A model generated the notes under the pieces. The model was not told the origin of the DNA. It searched no databases and saw only the letters and a list, made by a program, of their open reading frames with translations. A DNA stretch of 63,432 nt, the filler included, from a bacterium (GTDB lineage: Bacteria > JAJRZV01), in the NCBI GenBank assembly GCA_024275095.1. It is 9 parts of 9 records of this genome, joined end to end, with 100 filler letters (N's around TTAATTAATTAA, not from the genome) between each part and the next. Parts side by side here need not be neighbours in the genome. Positions count along the whole stretch, not along the records: positions 1 to 13,756 come from JAJRZV010000095.1; 8 more parts are not named here. One strand, given 5' to 3'. The stretch's first letter is position 1. Each line of letters starts with the position of its first letter. Below, one piece after another: positions 1-9,294 of the stretch. Made by a program: the position numbers and the translations under genes.

Positions 1-147
1 GCAGCTGGCGTGTATCAGCAGGTTGGAGAACAGGTGATTCTTCTCCCGTTAAATCCTGTGCTTCCCCCAGAGGTGCTCTCACGGGATGCACATCTCATTC
101 GTGTTATGTGGGTTTTTTGCCCGGAGAAAAGCGGGCGTGATAAATGA
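1..147 (+). CDS. 3' fragment of a CDS, possibly the C-terminus of an S24 (LexA/CI-like) peptidase domain
   Basis: Open frame from base 1 to TGA at 145-147, reading ...QVILLPLNPVLPPEVL...IRVMWVF. It resembles the L.p.Np.ypp motif of S24 domains and is truncated by the window start. Confidence 0.3.
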   Translation, partial: AAGVYQQVGEQVILLPLNPVLPPEVLSRDAHLIRVMWVFCPEKSGRDK

Positions 148-167
148 AGGTTTTCCAGGTAAAGGTT

Positions 168-2249
168 TTACTCATCCACCACCACCCACAGCTGGCTGAC
201 ACGGGGCAAAAGCTGCACGCGGAGTATCGGGCTTTTTTGTGACAGGCCCGTCCAGGCTTCAACTGCTGTGCAGCTGTCGGTGCACGCGCCGGTACGGCGA
301 AGATCAAATGAGATCGTACTTGGTGCATCCGTCCAGTTGAAGATCCCGACAATCGTGCTGCCCGGGCCGATGGTGCTCCATACAATTGAAGGGACGCTGT
401 ATCTGGAAGGCATGAACAACTGCGTTAGAATATCTGCCGGTGCACCACCGGGTTTTTGATGATCTTTCTCAATGGAAGGGATTGGGAAACTTGTACGTTG
501 TGTGACCAGTGCTTTGAATATTTCGGTGGAAAATATACGTTTCAACAGTTCTTTCTTTTCTGTTTCCATCTGTACAAGGTCATCTCCGAGTGCAAAAATT
601 TTACCAGCCAGCAGAGCCGCGTTGATAAAAGTACGTGCCTCTTCTGCAGAAAGATCCCGGAGAAGTACCGTGTCCGGGTCTCCGGCAAACACACGGTTCC
701 AGTGAAATCGCCAGAAAACATTGCGCATTTCATTTTTTACAAAAGGCCAGCCGTACGGCATTGCTTCGAAAGCAATATCAGAACCGACTCTCGCACCGTG
801 AAACAACCCAGCTGATGGAAGGAGCGGGGCACCGCACGCGAGCAAATAGGTATCCGGTCCGGCCTCTTCCGCAATAATTTCTATCCCTCGCCGGTAGGCT
901 TCAATAGAGGTCATGTAAGGCTTGTACCGGATTCCGGGCATGGCAGCGGCAAATAAAAAATCCAGTTTGAGGTACCTGAACCCCCAATGCCTCAATTCCC
1001 GTATGACACTCCGCAGAAAGTTTTCCGCTTCCGGGTGTGTAATGTCGAGGACGAGGTATGTTTTCCCGGAACCGGGATTGAGGTATCGAACGAAAGAGCC
1101 GTCAGGGTTTTTGAGGAACCAGTGGGGATGCGATGTTGCACCAGGAAGTGATTCATCGTACAGAAAAGGTGCAATCCATATGCCCGGTATAAATCCTTGG
1201 TCTATCAGCTTTTGGGCCATTTCGCTCATCGCAGTAAAAAAAGGTTTGAGAAAAGAGGGATCTCCTTTCCACTCTCCCCAGGCTTTTTCCCAGCCGTCAT
1301 CGATCTGAATGACAAGAGGAATGTCCTCGACCAGTGTTTTTAATGCTTCTGCCTGCTGCAGTATCAGACCGGCTGTAATGGAAGAGAAAAAAGTATTCCA
1401 CGAATTCCAGCCCACAGGAATAAAAGGTGCAGAAGGCCGTGTGTTGAATTTCCCGAGCAGGGTCCCGTATGTTTTTAACCCTGCTTCTATGGATTCGGCC
1501 ACCACCACTGCCAGTATGTCAGAGGAAAGCGTCTCCCCGGGGAATAAACTTTTGGCGTCACCTTCGCTGCAACCATTGACGATTTTTACGGAGCCCCCCG
1601 GGTGGAGAAGCACTCGGGTTTTAAAAACGTGACTCCGGAGAGCACCTGCTATCACTGCAAAGGAAAGGCTTTCAAATCCTCCATCCCACCAGGATACATA
1701 GGGATTTACAACGGGGTCATTGGGGTTTTCTCCGCTGTTTGACCAGATGTCTTCTGAAGGAGGTGATTCCCACTGGCCGTTCCACACAAATGCGGGGGAC
1801 CAGGACTGGTATCCATCGTGAAACATGCGGGTAATCTCGAGGCTTGTGGAGGGATTGAACTCTACGAGAAAGCATTTCACTTTTACGGGTTTGGTGGAGG
1901 TGTTTGTGTATGTAATTGAAAGAGTTGCCGAGGAAGCAAACTTTTCTGAATCCGGGGTTACATCCAGGCGGATGGAGGTGTTGTCACACTCGGGAAGCTG
2001 GTTTCCTTTCCTCCACACGCATCCTTTCACGTGAAAGGAAAAGTTTCCCGAAGTGGTATGAACAACCATTGCCGGGCCTTCTGGTGCCATGGAATATTCG
2101 AGATGAGGGGGAAGGGCACCGCCTTTTTCGCAGCCTGTTGTTATGTGAAGGGGTAAAAGCAAAAAACTTATTATTTGAAGGGCCTTTATCGTCTTTGTGG
2201 TACCGGGTCTTTCTCGGTCAATTCTCATACCCGGCATTTTATCAGTCAA
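168..2249 (-). CDS. Glycoside hydrolase, GH36/GH27 clan-D (alpha-galactosidase-like), probable lipoprotein
   Basis: 693-aa ORF with motifs GWNSWN, QIDDGWE, PGIWIAPF, YLKLDF, ACGAP and RVGSDI. The hydrophobic N-terminus ends in ITTGC (lipobox-like). Exact start uncertain. Confidence 0.8.
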   Translation of the reverse strand: MTDKMPGMRIDRERPGTTKTIKALQIISFLLLPLHITTGCEKGGALPPHLEYSMAPEGPAMVVHTTSGNFSFHVKGCVWRKGNQLPECDNTSIRLDVTPDSEKFASSATLSITYTNTSTKPVKVKCFLVEFNPSTSLEITRMFHDGYQSWSPAFVWNGQWESPPSEDIWSNSGENPNDPVVNPYVSWWDGGFESLSFAVIAGALRSHVFKTRVLLHPGGSVKIVNGCSEGDAKSLFPGETLSSDILAVVVAESIEAGLKTYGTLLGKFNTRPSAPFIPVGWNSWNTFFSSITAGLILQQAEALKTLVEDIPLVIQIDDGWEKAWGEWKGDPSFLKPFFTAMSEMAQKLIDQGFIPGIWIAPFLYDESLPGATSHPHWFLKNPDGSFVRYLNPGSGKTYLVLDITHPEAENFLRSVIRELRHWGFRYLKLDFLFAAAMPGIRYKPYMTSIEAYRRGIEIIAEEAGPDTYLLACGAPLLPSAGLFHGARVGSDIAFEAMPYGWPFVKNEMRNVFWRFHWNRVFAGDPDTVLLRDLSAEEARTFINAALLAGKIFALGDDLVQMETEKKELLKRIFSTEIFKALVTQRTSFPIPSIEKDHQKPGGAPADILTQLFMPSRYSVPSIVWSTIGPGSTIVGIFNWTDAPSTISFDLRRTGACTDSCTAVEAWTGLSQKSPILRVQLLPRVSQLWVVVDE

Positions 2250-2366
2250 ATCACCAAGAGGTACACAGTTTCTTTTACATCATGGTGTAGACATTACAGA
2301 ATTCCCTTGACGAAAGGGTGTACTCAACCATATTTTATGCACTGCATCATAAAGAGGGGGTTGAAG

Positions 2367-2738
2367 TTGGCATATCTTGCTGTGGGAGTTGCGGTTTTTG
2401 CAATCACAGCCATCGGTTTTGTGCTGATTTCCATTATTATTAATCACCTGTTGGCACCGCGACGCGTTACTCCCCTGAAAGTAGAACCTTATGAATGTGG
2501 AGAAAAAGTCGTTGGTGATGCACGGATACGGTTTGATATGCGTTTTTACATAATAGCTCTGGCATTTATTATTTTTGAAGCAGAAGTCGTCTTCTTTTTC
2601 CCATGGGCAGTGGTACTCAAAAGACTGCGATATCTTGCATTTTTTGACATGCTTGTTTTTCTCATCATTCTCGTTGTGGGGCTTTACTATATCTGGAAAC
2701 GCGGTGACCTCAAGTGGGTAAAAACCCCTGTGAGGTAG
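2367..2738 (+). CDS. nuoA: NADH-quinone oxidoreductase subunit A (copy 1)
   Basis: PYECGE, RFYIIALAFIIFEAE and WKRGDLKW motifs. Start placed at the TTG after a GAGGGGG SD. Confidence 0.93.
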   Translation: MAYLAVGVAVFAITAIGFVLISIIINHLLAPRRVTPLKVEPYECGEKVVGDARIRFDMRFYIIALAFIIFEAEVVFFFPWAVVLKRLRYLAFFDMLVFLIILVVGLYYIWKRGDLKWVKTPVR

Positions 2739-2741
2739 AAA

Positions 2742-3224
2742 ATGGGTGTTCTTGATAACAGGCTGCCGGATAATGTGTTTTTTGCAATGGCGGATGATTT
2801 TGTTAACTGGTCACGCAAAAACTCTCTCTGGTATCTCCTTTTTGCCACTGCATGTTGTGGCATAGAACTCATGCACACGGGAGGTCCGCGGTTTGATCTG
2901 GACCGGTTCGGCTCGGTATTTCGAGCATCGCCGCGACAATCGGATTTGATGATTGTCGCAGGTACGATTACGTATAAAATGGCAGACCCGGTACGCCGTC
3001 TTTACGAGCAAATGCCTGAACCCAAGTGGGTTATTTCCATGGGTTCCTGTGCGAACTCAGGGTGTCCGTTTAATCCTCACACGTACTCAGTGGTCAAAGG
3101 TGTGGACCGGATTATACCCGTTGATGTTTACATTCCCGGTTGCCCTCCACCTCCTGAAGCGCTGATAGAAGGCATTATGAAACTTCAGAGAAAAATCGAA
3201 GCATCCAAGGTCTTCAGGAAATAG
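2742..3224 (+). CDS. nuoB: NADH-quinone oxidoreductase subunit B (copy 1)
   Basis: [25 protein letters not shown] and PGCPP (N2 cluster ligands). Confidence 0.97.
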   Translation: MGVLDNRLPDNVFFAMADDFVNWSRKNSLWYLLFATACCGIELMHTGGPRFDLDRFGSVFRASPRQSDLMIVAGTITYKMADPVRRLYEQMPEPKWVISMGSCANSGCPFNPHTYSVVKGVDRIIPVDVYIPGCPPPPEALIEGIMKLQRKIEASKVFRK

Positions 3225-3233
3225 GTGAAACAC

Positions 3234-3704
3234 ATGAAGGACCTGAACACATTGGTACAGGATTTGCAAGCCGCTGTTGAAGGTGCGATAGAAGAGGTTG
3301 TCACAGAAAACACACAACCACCTTATATTATTGTGAAAAAAGAAAAAATTGTTCCTGTGCTTGAGTACCTGAAAAAAGAAGGTTTCAATCATCTTTCCGC
3401 TGTTTCTGCAGTGGATGAGCCGCCTGAAAAGATATGGGTGGTTTATCATCTTGTAGCAATAGGAGAGAAATCAACCCTCGCTGTTAAAACCGTTCTGCCC
3501 CGCGATGCTGCTGAGGTTGATTCGGTGGGCAATGTGTATCCAACGGCACTGTGGCACGAGCGCGAGGCCTATGACCTGATGGGAGTGAAATTTAAAGGTC
3601 ATCCTGATTTGAGGCGCATACTCATGCCCGATGACTGGGTTGGACATCCCCTTCGGAAAGATTACGAACAGATAAAAGAGTACCACGGGATTAAGACGGA
3701 CTGA
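3234..3704 (+). CDS. nuoC: NADH-quinone oxidoreductase subunit C (copy 1)
   Basis: [24 protein letters not shown]...GHPLRKDY. ATG at 3234 follows an AGGTGA SD; GTG 3225 is an alternative start. Confidence 0.95.
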   Translation: MKDLNTLVQDLQAAVEGAIEEVVTENTQPPYIIVKKEKIVPVLEYLKKEGFNHLSAVSAVDEPPEKIWVVYHLVAIGEKSTLAVKTVLPRDAAEVDSVGNVYPTALWHEREAYDLMGVKFKGHPDLRRILMPDDWVGHPLRKDYEQIKEYHGIKTD

Positions 3705-3705
3705 G

Positions 3706-4818
3706 ATGCTGGAGACGCAGGAACTTGTAATAAACATGGGACCTCAGCACCCTTCGACCCACGGGGTGCTGAGATTGTTGCTTCATACAGACGGAGAAAT
3801 TATTGTAGAAGCCCAGCCTCATGTTGGTTATCTCCATCGCGGAATAGAAAAAATCGCCGAAAAGGTGAATTACCACCAGTTTATGCCCTATACCGACCGC
3901 ATTGATTACCTTGCATCCATGAACTGCAATCACGCTTATGCCTGTGCTGTTGAGCGTCTCATGGGCATTGAGGTTCCGGAGAGAGCCCAGTTTATCCGGG
4001 TGATTATGAGCGAACTCAACCGCATCGCATCGCATCTTGTGTTTTTTGGCAGCTTCGGAATGGACGTGGGAGCATTTACGCCCTTTTTGTACGGTCTTCG
4101 GGAAAGAGAAAGGACCTTAGACCTGTTTGAAGCAGCATGTGGTCAGCGGCTTACCTACAACTACATGAAAATTGGCGGTGTTCGCTGGGACCTTCCTCCG
4201 GGATGGACAGACAAGTGTCGGGAATTTTGCGATTATTTTGAGCCCAAAATTCAGGAATATCACGACTTGCTCACGTATAACTACATTTTTATGAAGCGTC
4301 TTGGAAACATTGGTGTGCTTACACCGGAAGACGCGCTTGCCTACGGTGTTACAGGTCCCAACCTCCGGGCCAGTGGGGTGGCTTACGATATCAGAAAGGA
4401 AGAACCTTACGATGTATACGACCGTCTGGAATTTGATATTCCAGTGGGCACTGGTGAAGCGGGGGCTGTGGGAGATTGTTTTGACCGTTATATGGTTCGT
4501 ATCAAAGAGATGCAGCAGAGCGTAAGAATCATTCGTCAGTGTCTGGACATGATGCCGGAAGGCGATGTTCAGGCACGGGTGCCCCGGGTGCTCAAAATTC
4601 CGCCCAAGGAGATCTATTTCCGCGCAGAAAATCCTCGTGGTGAGCTCGGGTTTTACATTGTCGCCAACGGCAAACCATCTCCAGAGCGGCTTAAAATTCG
4701 GGGTGCCAGCTTTTCCAACATCCATGTGATGGAGAAAATACTCCCGGGCCTCATGGTGGCAGACGCGGTGGCCGTGATAGCAAGTCTTGATGTAATTCTG
4801 CCGGAATGTGACAGGTAA
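3706..4818 (+). CDS. nuoD: NADH-quinone oxidoreductase subunit D (copy 1)
   Basis: NMGPQHPSTHGVLR, GYLHRGIEK, DRIDY and ENPRGE. No NiFe CxxC pairs, so not a hydrogenase large subunit. Confidence 0.97.
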   Translation: MLETQELVINMGPQHPSTHGVLRLLLHTDGEIIVEAQPHVGYLHRGIEKIAEKVNYHQFMPYTDRIDYLASMNCNHAYACAVERLMGIEVPERAQFIRVIMSELNRIASHLVFFGSFGMDVGAFTPFLYGLRERERTLDLFEAACGQRLTYNYMKIGGVRWDLPPGWTDKCREFCDYFEPKIQEYHDLLTYNYIFMKRLGNIGVLTPEDALAYGVTGPNLRASGVAYDIRKEEPYDVYDRLEFDIPVGTGEAGAVGDCFDRYMVRIKEMQQSVRIIRQCLDMMPEGDVQARVPRVLKIPPKEIYFRAENPRGELGFYIVANGKPSPERLKIRGASFSNIHVMEKILPGLMVADAVAVIASLDVILPECDR

Positions 4819-4866
4819 GGAGTCGTGCTTGAGAATGTCAAACGAGGATGTTAAAGGGATGAGACC

Positions 4867-5958
4867 ATGGATCAGCTGACGAAATTATTTTACAGTCTGG
4901 GCCTTTCTCCTTATTACGGGATTTTTGTGGCTGCATTCTTGCTGGCGGTCATTATCCTTGCCTTTGCCCTTCTTTACGAGGGTGTGGCCACGTATGTGGA
5001 AAGAAAAGTGGCGGGTGATATTCAGTCGCGTATTGGTCCGAACAGGGTGGGTCCTTACGGAACGCTGCAGTGGCTTGCTGATGGTGTTAAGTTGTTTCTC
5101 AAGGAAGATTTTATTCCCGCCCAGGCGGATAAACTCATATTTCGAATTGCTCCTTATTTCGTATTTGTCGGTTCTTTTTTACCATTTGCAGCCCTGCCGC
5201 TGTGGGACAGATTTGTACCGGTGCCCATGAATATAGGGCTTCTTTACATCATAGCCGTTACTGCCATGGTGACACCGGGTATCGTGCTTGCAGGTTGGGG
5301 TTCCAACAACAAATGGGCATTGCTGGGCGGCATGCGGTCTGCGGCACAATTGATCAGTTATGAAGTACCCAATGCCGTTGCTTTGCTTATTCCCGTGCTT
5401 ATTGCAGGCACACTTAATCTCGATGAAATTGTGCGTGCCCAGGGCGGTGGTGGAGGAATACTGCGCTGGTTCATCTTTCACGATCCTTTTTCTTTTATGG
5501 CGTTTTTCATCTTTTTTACAGCCGGCCTGGCGGAGTGCAATCGCACCCCCTTTGACCTCCCTGAAGCCGAATCTGAACTCGTTGCCGGGTACTCGGTGGA
5601 ATATTCAGCCATTCGGTACGCCTTTTTTTACATGGGCGAGTATGGTGACATGTTCATTATTTCAGCCATGGCTTCTGCCGCGTTTCTTGGCGGATGGCAG
5701 CTTCCTCTTATTGATCCTCTCGTAAAGATTGGCTGGTTAAAAGCAGTTCTTCAGCTGGGTATCTTTTTGACCAAGACGCTGTTGCTTGTACTTGTAATGA
5801 TGTGGATACGCTGGACCTTTCCGCGTCTCCGTGTGGACCAGCTCATGGAACTTTCGTGGAAAAGATTGCTTCCCATAGCACTTTTTCTGCTCATGGGTGC
5901 AGCCTTGTGGACGGTGGTGTTTCACGGAAAAGGAATCTACGACCTCATAGTGGGGTAA
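4867..5958 (+). CDS. nuoH: NADH-quinone oxidoreductase subunit H
   Basis: ERKVAGDIQSRIGPNRVG, NRTPFDLPEAESELVAGY and PRLRVDQLM. Confidence 0.97.
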   Translation: MDQLTKLFYSLGLSPYYGIFVAAFLLAVIILAFALLYEGVATYVERKVAGDIQSRIGPNRVGPYGTLQWLADGVKLFLKEDFIPAQADKLIFRIAPYFVFVGSFLPFAALPLWDRFVPVPMNIGLLYIIAVTAMVTPGIVLAGWGSNNKWALLGGMRSAAQLISYEVPNAVALLIPVLIAGTLNLDEIVRAQGGGGGILRWFIFHDPFSFMAFFIFFTAGLAECNRTPFDLPEAESELVAGYSVEYSAIRYAFFYMGEYGDMFIISAMASAAFLGGWQLPLIDPLVKIGWLKAVLQLGIFLTKTLLLVLVMMWIRWTFPRLRVDQLMELSWKRLLPIALFLLMGAALWTVVFHGKGIYDLIVG

Positions 5959-5961
5959 AAA

Positions 5962-6498
5962 GTGGGAGTGATTAAGGAAATTATTGATGTGGCGAAGTCT
6001 CTGGGTAAAGGCCTGAAGGTTACTGTGAAGTATTGGTTCAGTCCCTCTTCCACCATTACCGTGCAGTATCCCGAAGAAAAGAGAGCCCTTTCCGAGCGTA
6101 CCAGAGGTATTCTTTTCAATGATGTGGTGAAATGCACTGCCTGTTCAGCCTGTGTGCTTGCGTGCCCCGTAAAATGCATTTCTCTGGTGCCGGTTGGAAA
6201 GGGGAAAGCACGGAAGCCCAAATCCTTCGTCATCACCATCAGCCAGTGCATGTTTTGCGGGTTGTGTGTGGATGCCTGTCCGACGAAGAGCCTGCAGCAC
6301 ACTCAGGAGTTAACCATGGCCCGGTATGGACTGGAGGATTTACAGATTGAATACGTCACCCCTGAGATGGCGGAACGTTTTGTACGTGAAGCTGAAGAGT
6401 ATGAAAGAACTCAGGCAGAGAAAGCGAAGAAGGAAGCGGAGAAGTCCGCACGGAAACCTGAAGAGAAGGGTGAAGGAGATCAGGGAGGCTCTCAGTGA
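5962..6498 (+). CDS. nuoI: NADH-quinone oxidoreductase subunit I (2x[4Fe-4S])
   Basis: TVQYPEE and two CxxCxxCxxxCP motifs, followed by a charged C-terminal tail. Confidence 0.95.
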   Translation: MGVIKEIIDVAKSLGKGLKVTVKYWFSPSSTITVQYPEEKRALSERTRGILFNDVVKCTACSACVLACPVKCISLVPVGKGKARKPKSFVITISQCMFCGLCVDACPTKSLQHTQELTMARYGLEDLQIEYVTPEMAERFVREAEEYERTQAEKAKKEAEKSARKPEEKGEGDQGGSQ

Positions 6499-7004
6499 AG
6501 GGGAACCCCGCCATTATTGTTTTCTGGTTGTGTGCCATGCTCACGTTGCTTTTTGCTGTGTGTGTGATTGTGGCACGTGACCTCGTGAGAGCAGTGACGG
6601 CCTTGCTTTTTGCTTTGCTCATGACAGCGGGCATGTATTTCGCTCTGGGTGCGGATTTTCTGGGCGCGGTGCAGATTGTCCTTTACGTGGGTGGAGTGGT
6701 TGTACTGGTGCTGTTCGGAGTGATGCTTACAAGGGATGTAGAAATGACAGTTCCTTACCTGGGATTTGGACAGTTTTTGCCTGCACTTATTGTCGCTGGT
6801 GCTGTGACATGGGGGTTGTGGCATCTGGCAGACTTCCTCCCCCGAAAAGCTTTTCCACCTGTACATCGCAGTGTCACCCCCATTCTTGGAGAGTTGTTTA
6901 TGAAGAAGTACATCGTCGCATTTGAGGTTGCTTCTGTTCTTCTGGTGGGAGTGCTTATTGGAGCTGCATATCTTGTGAGACGCGAAGTGAGGCGGGAAGA
7001 ATGA
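6495..7004 (+). CDS. nuoJ: NADH-quinone oxidoreductase subunit J
   Basis: ADFLGAVQIVLYVGGVVVLVLFGVMLT and FEVASVLL; operon position. Confidence 0.95.
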   Translation: MKGNPAIIVFWLCAMLTLLFAVCVIVARDLVRAVTALLFALLMTAGMYFALGADFLGAVQIVLYVGGVVVLVLFGVMLTRDVEMTVPYLGFGQFLPALIVAGAVTWGLWHLADFLPRKAFPPVHRSVTPILGELFMKKYIVAFEVASVLLVGVLIGAAYLVRREVRREE

Positions 7005-7309
7005 TTCTTTACACGTATCACATATTCCGTGTTTCAGCAGTGCTTTTTGGATTGGGTGTTTTTGGAATGCGGGTCAGGCGAAATGCCATCAGCATGCTTC
7101 TTTCTCTGGAACTCATGATTAATGCTGCAGCTCTTAATCTCGTGGCAGCCGCTGCGTTTACGGGCACATACATCAGTGGTTTCAGCATGGCTGTTTTTGT
7201 CATCGTTATCGCGGCGGCGGAGGCGGCTGTCGCTCTGGCAATATTTATTGCTCTGTTTAAATCTCGCAGGTCCATTGATGTGGACGAAGCAGCGGAGATG
7301 AAGGGATGA
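7001..7309 (+). CDS. nuoK: NADH-quinone oxidoreductase subunit K
   Basis: RRNAISMLLSLELMINAA and AAAEAAVALA. Confidence 0.95.
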   Translation: MILYTYHIFRVSAVLFGLGVFGMRVRRNAISMLLSLELMINAAALNLVAAAAFTGTYISGFSMAVFVIVIAAAEAAVALAIFIALFKSRRSIDVDEAAEMKG

Positions 7310-9288
7310 GCGAACACTCACTTCAAACACTGCTGGTCATTATTCCTCTTCTTCCCATGGCGGGATTTATCATCAATCGTTTCTTTGGTCGGCGTTTGGG
7401 AGAGCGTGCTGTGTCTCTGATTGGTCCTGGAGTGGTTGGGCTGGCATTCCTGCTCTCTGTAATAGTTATTGTCAGCCTTTCACTTTCAGGTGAAGAGCGC
7501 CTGGTCGCCTATGTTCTTCCCTGGATGCACGTTGGGCAATTCCAGGTGGATTTTGCGTACGTGCTTGATCACCTTTCCGCAGTAATGCTTCTGGTTGTTA
7601 CCGGTGTTGGTTTTCTCATTCACGTGTATTCCATCGGCTATATGCACGGCGACAAGAGTTATCACGTGTATTTTTCGTACCTTAACCTTTTCGTCTTTAT
7701 GATGCTTACTCTTGTAATGGCCGAGAATGTTTTGCTCATGTTTCTCGGATGGGAAGGAGTGGGACTCTGTTCGTATCTTCTTATCGGGTTCTGGTTCGAG
7801 GAGTGGGAAAGAGCCCGCGCCGGTATGAAGGCGTTTGTCGTCAACCGGGTGGGCGATTTTGGCTTTTTGCTGGGGATCCTTCTGCTGTTCTGGACTTCCT
7901 GGGAGCTGGGACATCCCACCCTCAGTTTTCACTCGCTGGAAGAGATTGTTACCCGGATGTCACCACCGGTGATAACGATTATTTGCCTCCTTTTGTTTGT
8001 TGGGGCCACAGGCAAATCCGCCCAGATTCCTCTTTACGTGTGGCTTCCTGATGCCATGGCCGGTCCAACACCTGTGAGTGCTCTTATTCACGCGGCTACC
8101 ATGGTAACGGCCGGTGTGTACATGGTGGCGCGGCTCAACTTCATGTATTCTCTTTCTCCCACCGCCTCCCTTGTTGTTGCTGCTGTGGGTGCGCTCACCG
8201 CCTTTTACGCAGGGACGATGGGAGTGGTGGCCACCGGGATCAAGAAGGTACTTGCGTATTCCACAATTTCTCAACTTGGCTACATGTTTCTGGGTGTGGG
8301 CGTGGGTGCATACGTGGACGGAATGTTTCACCTCACGACCCACGCTTTTTTCAAAGCCCTTCTCTTTTTAGGAGCCGGCAGTGTGATGCACGCCATGGCC
8401 GACGAAGAAGACATCATGAAAATGGGAGGCTTGCGCAAGTACATTCCGTATACGTACTGGGTGTTTCTCTTCGGTGCTCTTGCTCTCGCTGGAGTGCCTC
8501 CATTTGCAGGATTTTTCTCCAAGGATGAGATTCTTCTCAAGACATTTGCACAGGGCCATTATGTGCTTTATGCCATTGGACTTGCAGGAGCATTTGTCAC
8601 TGCTTTTTACACATTCCGACTCGTGTTTTTGACTTTCCACGGTGAGGAAAGATTTGACCATCACAAAGTTCATCCTCACGAATCACCGTGGGTGATGATT
8701 GTACCCATGATGATACTGGCAGTTCTTTCTCTGATAGGAGGGGCGGTGCTGGGCTTTCCTCATCACAGTTTAATGGAAGGGTATCTTGAGGAACTGTTCC
8801 GTTACGAGGTTCATGCTGAAGGAGCACCCGCTGGTTTGCTCATGCTCGTGTCCACAGTGGTTGCTCTCTCCGGCATTGGGCTTGCAGGATATGTGTATCT
8901 TCTGAGACCTGAGTTGCCGTCACGGATTGCCGAACGGTTCAAGGGACTCTATAGCCTCCTGTGGAATAAATACTGGGTGGATGAAATCTATCAGGCACTG
9001 TTTGTCAACGGTGCTCTGGGGCTGGCCCGTTCTTTAGCACGTTTTGACCTCGGCGTTGTTGATTTCCTCGTCAATTTCTCCGCACGCTTTACCGTTCTTG
9101 TCTCCCGGTTCAGCGGCTGGTTTGATCTTAAAGGTGTGGATGGAGCTGTGAATGCGATAGCGAGTGCAACAGAAGGCGCGGGGGATGGGGTTCGTCGTGT
9201 TCAAACAGGGGTGCTGCAGAATTATCTCTTGATATTCATACTCGGTGTAGCCTGTATTGTGGCTTATAAAATTTTCTTTGGAGGGTAA
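7306..9288 (+). CDS. nuoL: NADH-quinone oxidoreductase subunit L, with a 26-aa duplication in the amphipathic helix
   Basis: GWEGVGLCSY, GKSAQIPLYVWLPDAMAGPTPVSALIHAATMV and HAFFKALLF. Confidence 0.97.
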   Translation: MSEHSLQTLLVIIPLLPMAGFIINRFFGRRLGERAVSLIGPGVVGLAFLLSVIVIVSLSLSGEERLVAYVLPWMHVGQFQVDFAYVLDHLSAVMLLVVTGVGFLIHVYSIGYMHGDKSYHVYFSYLNLFVFMMLTLVMAENVLLMFLGWEGVGLCSYLLIGFWFEEWERARAGMKAFVVNRVGDFGFLLGILLLFWTSWELGHPTLSFHSLEEIVTRMSPPVITIICLLLFVGATGKSAQIPLYVWLPDAMAGPTPVSALIHAATMVTAGVYMVARLNFMYSLSPTASLVVAAVGALTAFYAGTMGVVATGIKKVLAYSTISQLGYMFLGVGVGAYVDGMFHLTTHAFFKALLFLGAGSVMHAMADEEDIMKMGGLRKYIPYTYWVFLFGALALAGVPPFAGFFSKDEILLKTFAQGHYVLYAIGLAGAFVTAFYTFRLVFLTFHGEERFDHHKVHPHESPWVMIVPMMILAVLSLIGGAVLGFPHHSLMEGYLEELFRYEVHAEGAPAGLLMLVSTVVALSGIGLAGYVYLLRPELPSRIAERFKGLYSLLWNKYWVDEIYQALFVNGALGLARSLARFDLGVVDFLVNFSARFTVLVSRFSGWFDLKGVDGAVNAIASATEGAGDGVRRVQTGVLQNYLLIFILGVACIVAYKIFFGG

Positions 9289-9294
9289 GGAATC

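Noticed and set aside
3706-4818. Group 4 [NiFe]-hydrogenase interpretation of the EFG-less complex
   Set aside because: NuoD lacks the two CxxC nickel-binding motifs and retains the quinone-site His and Tyr. NuoB has the tandem CC of complex I.
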